Part shown: piece by piece, positions 1 through 7,822 of the stretch | Numbering within the stretch: the first letter of the stretch is position 1 | Layout: each line of letters begins with the position of its first letter | DNA from: Ignavibacteriales bacterium | Lineage (GTDB): Bacteria; Bacteroidota; Ignavibacteria; UBA10030; UBA8401 | Assembly: GCA_026390635.1 (NCBI GenBank) | Contig: JAPLFO010000148.1 | Coordinates: forward strand, 60,080 to 124,079 | Direction of reading: 5' to 3' | DNA length: 64,000 bases | Translations under genes and position numbers: made by a program | Notes under the pieces: generated by a model | Database searches by the model: none | The model's input: the letters and a program-made list of their open reading frames with translations, nothing else | Told to the model about the DNA's origin: nothing

Positions 1-270
1 GGTATTATTTCCGCGGTGGATGTTGTCTATCGCACGCGCATCGATCGGGACCGTCTCGCGAAGAAAGATGTCGACCTTGGTATCTACAATATCAACGCCG
101 CCGTTCTTCAGAAAATGAAATCCAACGCTATCATCATGCACCCGCTGCCACGGTCCGTAGAAATTGACCCGGTCGTGGATACTGATCCGCGTGCCGTCTA
201 TTTCCGCCAGGCCCGCAACGGCCTTTTCGTCCGAATGGCTCTTCTGACAATCCTTTTTGATCAGGAATAA
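1..270 (+). CDS. pyrB: Aspartate/ornithine carbamoyltransferase family protein, C-terminal fragment (gene begins upstream of the window)
   Basis: Translation ends ...IIMHPLPRSVEIDPVVDTDPRAVYFRQARNGLFVRMALLTILFDQE. The HPLP motif and the AxYFxQAxNGxFxRxALL tail match the C-terminus of the ATCase catalytic chain (E. coli PyrB ...[23 protein letters not shown]). The frame is open to position 1. Confidence 0.55.
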   Translation, partial: GIISAVDVVYRTRIDRDRLAKKDVDLGIYNINAAVLQKMKSNAIIMHPLPRSVEIDPVVDTDPRAVYFRQARNGLFVRMALLTILFDQE

Positions 271-565
271 GACCATGGCCCTCCTCGCCTATTTCTTGAA
301 TATGACCTGACGTCCCCGCATTTGTCGGGGTTGTCGGCATTCCAACATATTCAACCACCTATTTGCCCGTGACAGCGAAAGATGGGCACCGTCTCAGAGG
401 TCGGCGAACAATGGCGTTCAATCAAATGATGTCGGAGAAGTGCTCGGATGCATATGGATGGCGCGCAGCGCTCTTCCTGAGCTCCGAGCCCGTCCTCTCT
501 CCGCTCCGATCAATGGAAACGGTTCTCCTTCACGTGCCACTGGTTCACCACGAGAGGAATCGCGA

Positions 566-1762
566 ATGAAAACGCAAGAGTACATTGCGCTGGAAGAACA
601 ATATGGTGCACACAATTATCATCCGCTCGATGTCGTCATTCATACCGCACAGGGAGTGTGGGTTACCGACGTCGATGGGAAAAAATATCTCGACTGTCTC
701 GCAGCATATTCGGCAGTCAACCAGGGACATTGTCATCCCGCCATCCGAAAGGCTTTATTGGAACAGGCCGACAGGGTGACGCTGACCAGCCGCGCGTTCC
801 GCAACGACCAGCTCCCGCTGTTTTATAAAATGCTTCACGATCTCACCGGATATGATATTTCCCTTCCGATGAATACCGGTGCCGAAGCAGTGGAGACTGC
901 CGTTAAAGCAGCGCGTAAATGGGGTTACACGGTGAAAGGTATTCCGGATGGCAAGGCGGAAATCATCTGTGCCGCCGACAACTTCCACGGACGCACGACC
1001 ACCGTCATCAGCTTTTCCACCGAACCGCAATATAAGAACGGTTTCGGTCCCTTCACTCCCGGCTTTCCCATTGTTCCGTATGGCGATATAGCAGCGCTCA
1101 AGGCGGCGATAACCGCGAATACAGCGGCATTCCTCGTCGAACCGATTCAGGGCGAAGCGGGAATCATTGTTCCGCCGGAAGGCTATTTGAAAGAAGCGGC
1201 CCGGCTGTGCAAAGAGAACAATGTGCTGCTCATCTGCGATGAAATTCAGTCGGGGCTCGGCCGCAGCGGAAAGATGTTTGCATTTGAATACGAAGGCATC
1301 CGCCCGGATGCAGTCATCATCGGCAAAGCACTGAGCGGCGGATTTTATCCTGTCTCTGCAGTACTCTCATCCAAGGAAGTTCTCGGTGTGTTCAAACCCG
1401 GCGATCACGGCTCGACGTTCGGCGGCAATCCGCTGGCGGCAGCCGTTGCCTGCGCGGCTCTCAAGGTGTTGGTGGATGAAAAACTGATTGAGCGTTCCTT
1501 TGAACTCGGTGCCTATTTCACCGAAAAGCTCCGGACGATCAAGAGCCCGCATGTCAAGCAAGTGCGCGGCCGTGGACTGTGGATCGGATTTGTGCTGGAT
1601 ACGAAAGCGCGTCCGTATTGTGAACGTCTGATGGACGAAGGTATTCTGTGCAAAGAAACGCATGACTGCGTCATTCGCTTTGCACCGCCGCTGACCATCA
1701 CCAAAGAAGAGATCGACTGGGCATTTGAACGCATTGACAAAGTTGTTCGTTCTATGGATTAG
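566..1762 (+). CDS. rocD: Ornithine--oxo-acid aminotransferase (class III PLP aminotransferase)
   Basis: [25 protein letters not shown]...[11 protein letters not shown] closely matches the OAT signature (human [17 protein letters not shown]...[13 protein letters not shown]). The start was moved to the ATG at 566, which sits behind a gagaggaa SD; the ORF-track start at 440 is upstream read-through. Confidence 0.85.
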   Translation: MKTQEYIALEEQYGAHNYHPLDVVIHTAQGVWVTDVDGKKYLDCLAAYSAVNQGHCHPAIRKALLEQADRVTLTSRAFRNDQLPLFYKMLHDLTGYDISLPMNTGAEAVETAVKAARKWGYTVKGIPDGKAEIICAADNFHGRTTTVISFSTEPQYKNGFGPFTPGFPIVPYGDIAALKAAITANTAAFLVEPIQGEAGIIVPPEGYLKEAARLCKENNVLLICDEIQSGLGRSGKMFAFEYEGIRPDAVIIGKALSGGFYPVSAVLSSKEVLGVFKPGDHGSTFGGNPLAAAVACAALKVLVDEKLIERSFELGAYFTEKLRTIKSPHVKQVRGRGLWIGFVLDTKARPYCERLMDEGILCKETHDCVIRFAPPLTITKEEIDWAFERIDKVVRSMD

Positions 1763-1765
1763 CGT

Positions 1766-1857
1766 CACAGAGAGCCCTAAAGGAAAATTGAGAGCACAGA
1801 GTATCACCAAAACAATCTCTGCTTAAAATGAAAAAGATTCTCTGTGTTCTCTGTGGC
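1766..1857. repeat. Cluster of CACAGAG heptamers (two direct, two inverted copies) in the rocD / COG2403-GTPase intergenic region
   Basis: cacagagagccc (1766), gagagcacagag (1791-1802), ctctgtgttctctgtgg (1841-1857). The same heptamer cluster recurs at 27045-27080 and 46703-46742. Confidence 0.5.
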
Positions 1858-1910
1858 AAATATTTTACGTCTTGACACAAACACAATTTATCGAAATCGA
1901 GGAGACCGTT

Positions 1911-3242
1911 ATGGCTACGAATAAACCAATCAACACCATCATCGTCGGCGCGGCAGGAAGAGATTTTCATAATTTCAACATGGTGTATCGCGATAATCCT
2001 CTTTTCAACGTTGTCGCATTCACCGCAGCACAGATTCCCAATATTGCCGGCCGGAAATATCCTGCGGCACTTGCCGGCAAATTGTACCCGAAGGGAATTC
2101 CCATCCACGAAGAAAAAGACCTGGAAGAACTGATTGCCGAATACGCTGTCGCTGAAGTAGTATTCTCCTACAGCGATGTCACCTACCGGCATGTGATGAG
2201 CCTCGGTTCGCGTGTGACGGCCGCGGGTGCTCATTTCAAGATGCTGAGCGCCCGCAGTACAATGATCAAGAGCAAAAAGCCGATTATTTCCATTTGCGCA
2301 GTTCGTACCGGCAGCGGCAAGAGCCAGACGGGACGCAAAGTTGCCAAGATTCTGCACGAACTCGGTTACAAAGTGGCTGCCGTACGTCATCCGATGCCGT
2401 ATGGCGATCTGGAAAAGCAAAAAGTGCAGCGCTTTGGATCTGTAGCGGATCTCGCAAAACACAAATGCACCATTGAAGAAATGGAAGAGTACGAACCGCA
2501 TATCGAGAGCGGCACAATTATTTATTCGGGCGTTGACTATGCCGCAATCCTGGAACAGGCGGAAAAAGAAGCCGATATTATCATTTGGGACGGCGGCAAC
2601 AACGACATGCCGTTCTACGCTCCGGACCTCCACATCGTCGTCGCCGATCCGCTACGGGCCGGCAATGAACTCAACTACTATCCCAGCGAAGCAAATCTCC
2701 GCATGGCAGACGTGGTGGTGATTAACAAAATCGATTCCGCGATACCGGAAAATGTGACGAAATTGCGCGAAAACATCCGCTCCGTCAACAAACACGCACG
2801 CATCGTTGATGCCGCGTCCCCGCTGGCCGTAGAGAACAGCGAGCGCATTGCCGGAAAGCGTGTGCTTGTCATTGAAGATGGACCGACGCTGACGCACGGC
2901 GAAATGAAATTCGGAGCCGGCACTGTGGCTGCGCTGAAATTCGGAGCTGCGGAGCTCATAGATCCGCGTCCGTATGCGACCGGAGAGATCAAGAAGACGT
3001 TCGAAACCTATCCCGGCATCGGCGTTCTGCTGCCGGCCATGGGATACAGCGACAAGCAGATCAAAGATCTGGAATCGACCATCAACAAAGTTCCGTGTGA
3101 CGCCGTCATCATCGGCACACCGATCGATCTGAACAGAATCGTCAAGATCAAAAAGCCCACGTTCCGTGTGACGTATGAACTGCAGGAAATCGGAGAACCG
3201 GGACTTGAGACGATCCTGAAAGGCTTCCTGAAGAATCGGTAA
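1911..3242 (+). CDS. Predicted P-loop NTPase of the COG2403 / cyclic 2,3-diphosphoglycerate-synthetase-like family
   Basis: 444-aa product MATNKPINTIIVGAAGRDFHNFN... with a nucleotide-binding loop ICAVRTGSGKSQTGRK. The gaggag SD lies 8 nt before the ATG at 1911. The family name comes from memory and is uncertain. Confidence 0.45.
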   Translation: MATNKPINTIIVGAAGRDFHNFNMVYRDNPLFNVVAFTAAQIPNIAGRKYPAALAGKLYPKGIPIHEEKDLEELIAEYAVAEVVFSYSDVTYRHVMSLGSRVTAAGAHFKMLSARSTMIKSKKPIISICAVRTGSGKSQTGRKVAKILHELGYKVAAVRHPMPYGDLEKQKVQRFGSVADLAKHKCTIEEMEEYEPHIESGTIIYSGVDYAAILEQAEKEADIIIWDGGNNDMPFYAPDLHIVVADPLRAGNELNYYPSEANLRMADVVVINKIDSAIPENVTKLRENIRSVNKHARIVDAASPLAVENSERIAGKRVLVIEDGPTLTHGEMKFGAGTVAALKFGAAELIDPRPYATGEIKKTFETYPGIGVLLPAMGYSDKQIKDLESTINKVPCDAVIIGTPIDLNRIVKIKKPTFRVTYELQEIGEPGLETILKGFLKNR

Positions 3243-3262
3243 GCAGGAGAAGCAGTATCAAC

Positions 3263-3296
3263 AAAAAAGCACGGCCGTTGGCGACCGTGCTTTTTT
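3263..3296. terminator. Bidirectional rho-independent terminator between the convergent COG2403 gene and the RND pump
   Basis: aaaaaagcacggccgttggcgaccgtgctttttt: an 8/9-bp stem flanked by an A6 run and a T6 run. Confidence 0.6.
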
Positions 3297-3377
3297 ACTT
3301 CCCCGCATGAGTTCGGATTCCCGCTGAGCAATTACGCAATGTCAATTATTTGACAGGGCAATTGCTGCAATTGCATG

Positions 3378-6300
3378 CTACGCGTGGAGCGGGCCTTTTT
3401 TCTCTTCCGGTGTCTCGTCGACAGCGCGCTTTTTGTCTTTTGAAAAGAATGTGTACATCGCCGGAATAACGAAAAGCGTCAGCACCAGAGAAAAAAACAG
3501 TCCACCGATAACGACTATACCCATAGAGACGCGGCTCTTCGCACTGCCGCCGAGTGCCAGCGCTATCGGCAAAGCACCCAGCATCGTGGCCAGACTTGTC
3601 ATCAGAATAGGACGGAAACGGGCGGCCGCAGCAATGTTTGCCGCTTCGAAAAGCTTCACTCCTTTGTCTTTTTGCTGATTGGCAAATTCAACAATCAGGA
3701 TTCCATTTTTCGTGACCAGTCCGATCAACATGATGATTCCGATTTCGCTGAAGATATTGAGGGTCTTGCCAAACAGCCAGAGAGACAACAACGCACCGGC
3801 AAGGGCAAGCGGCACGGTCAACATGATTGTGAATGGATCAACAAAACTCTCGAACTGTGCCGCAAGAACGAGATAGATCAGCACAAGGGCAAGAACGAAT
3901 GCGAAGAGAATATTCGATGAACTTTCTGCATAGTCTCTCGATGGCCCGCTCAAGGCACTCGTAAAAGATTCATCAAGCACTCTTTTTGCAATGCGATCCA
4001 TTTCGGCGATCCCGTCGCCGATTGTCTTCCCCTGTGCAAGTCCGGCGGAAACAGTCGCTGATTTGAAACGATTGAAGTGGTACAGCTGAGGCGGAGCGCT
4101 TTGCTCAGTGAGTTTCACCAGATTATCAAGCTGTATCAGCTTCCCCGCGGTATTGCGGACATAGAGCGAGGTAAGGTCGAGGGGCTCGTCCCTGTCATCG
4201 CGGTTGACCTGTCCGATCACTTGGTACTGAAATCCGTTCATCTCGAAATAGGAAAAACGCTGTCCGCTGAAAGCAAGCTGCAGCGTTTGCGCAATATCAA
4301 TCACGGAGACGCCAAGACTCCGGGCACGATCCCGATCGATCGAAATATCGATTTGTGGCTTATTGAATTTCAAATTGACATCCGAACCTTGAAACATGGG
4401 GCTCTTGTTCACCTCGTCCATGAAATTTGGCAGCGAAGCCCTGATCTTTTCAAAATCCTGATTCTGCACAACATATTGCACGGGGAATCCAACGCGTGAG
4501 CCGCCTCCCCCGGCCGAAATAGTCTGCTCCTGGAAAACAAAGACGCGTGCTTCGGTCATGCGCCGCGTTTTCGCTGTGAGGTAGTCCGCCACCTCCTGCT
4601 GGCTGCGTTTCCTCTCTGTCGGATCGGTCAGCATAAGGCGAACAGATCCCATATTGTTGCCGCCGCCGCCACCAAACCCGGGAGCCGTGACGCTCAAGCA
4701 AATTCGCTTTTCCGGTATTGAATCAACGATTAATGTCGTGAGCTTGTCCATGAATGCATCGGTATAATCAAACGATGCACCTTCCGGCGCCGTCACTGAC
4801 ACACGCAGGTAACTCCGGTCGTCAAGAGGAGCCAATTCCGACTGCAGCGTCGTTCCGATCAACGCGATCATGGCGAGAGACCCTGCGATAATCGCCGCTG
4901 CAATCCAACGGTGCTTCATGAAACGGGCCAAGAGACGCTCATAGACAAGATTCATTTTTTGGAAAAACGGTTCGGTCACCTCATAAAACCTGCTGTGGGC
5001 ATGCCGCTTGCGGATCATACGCGCATTCAGCATCGGCGTCAACGAAAGGGAAACGAATGCTGAAATGAGAACCGCTCCGGCGATAATGATTCCGAACTCC
5101 CTGAACAGCCGCCCGACAAAACCCTCAAGGAAGATAATCGGCAGGAATACAGCTGCAAGTGTGATGGATGTGGAGATGACTGCAAAGAAGATCTCTTTTG
5201 AACCTGCGAAGGCAGCTTCCATTGGAGAAAGTCCCTCTTCCACTTTCTTGAAAATATTTTCCGTTACAACGATGCCGTCATCCACCACAAGCCCGGTTGC
5301 GAGCACAATTGCCAGCAACGTCAACACATTGATGGAGAATCCCATCACGTACATGATGAAGAACGCTCCGACAAGCGAGACGGGTATATCGATTAGCGGT
5401 CGGAATGCGATAATCCAGTCGCGAAAGAAGAGGTAAATAATCAGGACGACAAGCAGAACCGCAATGAGAATAGTCTCCTGCACCTCTTTGACTGATTGCT
5501 TAATGAACCGCGTGTTGTCAATTGCGACATCGAGGCGCAGATCTGAGGGAAGATCTTTCTTGATTTGCTCGAGACGCAGGTAAAATGCGTCGGCAATTTC
5601 CACGTAATTGCTTCCCGGCTGTGGAACGATTCCCACCGCGACCATCGGCGTGCCAGATTGCTTGAGGATCGTCTCTTCATTTTCCGGGCCGAGATTCGCA
5701 TAGCCGACATCAGAAAACCGCACAAGCGTTGTGCCGTCGTTCTTGAGAACCAGATTGTTGAATTCTTCGACCGTCTTCATCCGTCCTTTTGTGTTTACGA
5801 TGAGCTCGGTCTGGCTTCCGCTGATCTTTCCGGACGGGAGCTCGATATTCTCCCGATTCAATGCATTTTTCACATCGAGCGGGGTCAATCCGTACGCAGC
5901 GAGTTTTGGGGGATCCAACCAGAGACGCATGGAATATCGCTTCTGGCCCATGATGTATGTTGAACTGACTCCCGGAATAGTCTGGAGGTTCTGGGCGATG
6001 ACATTCTCTGCAAAGTCGCTTAATTCTAGCTGATTGCGCGTGGCACTTTCAAGGGTGAGTGAAATTATAGCATCGGAATTCGCATCACTTTTTGTGACAA
6101 CCGGCGGTGCGTCGATATCCTGCGGAAGAGACCGCGCGGCGCCAGACACCTTATCGCGAACATCGTTGGCTGCTGCTTCCAGATTCGCATCGAGATTGAA
6201 TTCGACCGTAATGTTGCTGGTGCCCTGGCTGCTGCTGGAAGAAATATTCCGCACGCCGGCAATGCCGTTGATTGCTTTTTCGAGAGGCTCGGTGATTTGT

Positions 6301-6482
6301 GATTCAATGACTTCCGCATTTGCACCGACATAGCTCGTGCGGACGGAAATGATCGGGGGATCGATCGCAGGATATTCACGGACACCAAGAAACTTCAAAC
6401 TGATGGCACCAAACAACACGATGCCGAGTGACATGACGATCGCGAGAACAGGGCGGCGTATGCTGACTGATGCTAAGCTCAT
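3378..6482 (-). CDS. Efflux RND transporter permease subunit (HAE1/AcrB-like)
   Basis: 1034 aa. The N-terminus MSLASVSIRRPVLAIVMSLGIVLFGAISLKFLGVREYP is typical of AcrB. Length, the 12-TM arrangement and two large periplasmic loops agree. Confidence 0.9.
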   Translation of the reverse strand: MSLASVSIRRPVLAIVMSLGIVLFGAISLKFLGVREYPAIDPPIISVRTSYVGANAEVIESQITEPLEKAINGIAGVRNISSSSSQGTSNITVEFNLDANLEAAANDVRDKVSGAARSLPQDIDAPPVVTKSDANSDAIISLTLESATRNQLELSDFAENVIAQNLQTIPGVSSTYIMGQKRYSMRLWLDPPKLAAYGLTPLDVKNALNRENIELPSGKISGSQTELIVNTKGRMKTVEEFNNLVLKNDGTTLVRFSDVGYANLGPENEETILKQSGTPMVAVGIVPQPGSNYVEIADAFYLRLEQIKKDLPSDLRLDVAIDNTRFIKQSVKEVQETILIAVLLVVLIIYLFFRDWIIAFRPLIDIPVSLVGAFFIMYVMGFSINVLTLLAIVLATGLVVDDGIVVTENIFKKVEEGLSPMEAAFAGSKEIFFAVISTSITLAAVFLPIIFLEGFVGRLFREFGIIIAGAVLISAFVSLSLTPMLNARMIRKRHAHSRFYEVTEPFFQKMNLVYERLLARFMKHRWIAAAIIAGSLAMIALIGTTLQSELAPLDDRSYLRVSVTAPEGASFDYTDAFMDKLTTLIVDSIPEKRICLSVTAPGFGGGGGNNMGSVRLMLTDPTERKRSQQEVADYLTAKTRRMTEARVFVFQEQTISAGGGGSRVGFPVQYVVQNQDFEKIRASLPNFMDEVNKSPMFQGSDVNLKFNKPQIDISIDRDRARSLGVSVIDIAQTLQLAFSGQRFSYFEMNGFQYQVIGQVNRDDRDEPLDLTSLYVRNTAGKLIQLDNLVKLTEQSAPPQLYHFNRFKSATVSAGLAQGKTIGDGIAEMDRIAKRVLDESFTSALSGPSRDYAESSSNILFAFVLALVLIYLVLAAQFESFVDPFTIMLTVPLALAGALLSLWLFGKTLNIFSEIGIIMLIGLVTKNGILIVEFANQQKDKGVKLFEAANIAAAARFRPILMTSLATMLGALPIALALGGSAKSRVSMGIVVIGGLFFSLVLTLFVIPAMYTFFSKDKKRAVDETPEEKKGPLHA

Positions 6483-6525
6483 TCTAAAGATTTTCCATAG
6501 TGTGCGGTGATGGCAGACACAAGAA

Positions 6526-7566
6526 CTATTTCACAGAGACAGAAACCGGCATTCCCGAACGCAGCTGCATCAATCCTGTCGTGATAACGGTATCTCCGAG
6601 TGAAAGTCCGCTGATGATTTGCACGGCCGACGGCATCCGGATGCCGGTCTTTACCGGTACTGACGCGGCAACTCCATTCTTCCTTACGAGTACCGTCTGA
6701 CCTTTCAATACCGGAATGATCGCCTGCGTGGGAATCATGATAGCATCAGATATTTCCTTAAGGCGAAGATCAATTTGAACATACGCTCCAGGAAAGACTC
6801 TCCCGGAACGATTGTCGCACACCGCCCTCAACTGCACCGTTCGTGTCGCTGCGTCTATCTTTGGCTCTATGGCGTAGAGTGTACCGGTGAATTTCAGGTT
6901 CGCCTCCTCAATGGTGAACTCCACTATGTCGCCGGTCTTCACAGCGCCGGCATATTTTTCCGGTATGGCAAAATCGACTTTCACGGGATTAATTTTTTGG
7001 ATTGATGCGATGCGTGTTGTCTGGGTAACGTATCCGCCTTCGCTGACATATCGCAAACCGATAATGCCGTCGAACGGCGCACGGATCTCTGTCTTCCGGA
7101 TGGAAGCAATGAGATTTTCTCTGTCTGCCTTGAGCGTGTTTACTTGATTAAGGGCAATATCATATTGTTCTTTGCTTGTTAAATTCTTTTCAAACAATTG
7201 CTTCTGCCGCTTTTCCTGCTCAACTGCAAGTTGAAGCTGAAGATCGTTTTTTTTCGATTGGGCCTGAAGGTCATCGGCGTTTATACGAACCAGCAATTGG
7301 TTCTTCGCAACAGGGCCGCCCTCCTTGAAAGCGATCGTCTCAATCCGCCCGTTTGCTTCGGCGACGAGATCAACGGATTCCGACGCCAGCACCGTGCCTG
7401 ATGAACGAACAGAATTTTCAAGCCGCTGCGGCCGGACGACTATGCCGCTCACGCTCATCCTTTGTGATTGAGAGGAAGATCGTGTCGATGCAGTATTGTT
7501 TTTTTCACCGCAGGAAGAGAAGGTGATTGGCGCAAGAAGAAGGAGGCAGAACAGAAGACTTTTCAT
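6526..7566 (-). CDS. Efflux RND transporter periplasmic adaptor subunit (membrane fusion protein) with a lipoprotein signal
   Basis: MKSLLFCLLLLAPITFSSC lipobox, coiled-coil and lipoyl/beta-barrel features. It lies immediately upstream of the RND permease on the same strand. Confidence 0.85.
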   Translation of the reverse strand: MKSLLFCLLLLAPITFSSCGEKNNTASTRSSSQSQRMSVSGIVVRPQRLENSVRSSGTVLASESVDLVAEANGRIETIAFKEGGPVAKNQLLVRINADDLQAQSKKNDLQLQLAVEQEKRQKQLFEKNLTSKEQYDIALNQVNTLKADRENLIASIRKTEIRAPFDGIIGLRYVSEGGYVTQTTRIASIQKINPVKVDFAIPEKYAGAVKTGDIVEFTIEEANLKFTGTLYAIEPKIDAATRTVQLRAVCDNRSGRVFPGAYVQIDLRLKEISDAIMIPTQAIIPVLKGQTVLVRKNGVAASVPVKTGIRMPSAVQIISGLSLGDTVITTGLMQLRSGMPVSVSVK

Positions 7567-7822
7567 ACAATCCCTAATCTATCATATGGCGATACATAAG
7601 ACGGTCACAAGAATAAAGTGTAAAATAGCGCATAAAAAGATTCTTTCCAAATCATTAAGAGTTTAATTGAAAGCCATCTATGCCTCTCCGTTCAATCTCT
7701 CTGTGAGGCTTCAGAAAAGCAGCAGCGATGACCCCGCTTCCGTCCTTATGTTGAAGTTGGTTGATGGGCTACATCCTCCACGGTCACCGAGCGAAGCCGA
7801 GATGACCGTCGAGGAGCGTTTT

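Noticed and set aside
1-270. Initial reading of the edge ORF as ornithine carbamoyltransferase (arcB/argF) on context with rocD
   Set aside because: The C-terminal tail matches the ATCase (PyrB) pattern HPLP...AxYFxQAxNGxFxRxALL and not the OTC HCLP...tail. It is reported as PyrB-like, with the caveat that YgeW/OTC-family assignment needs the full sequence.
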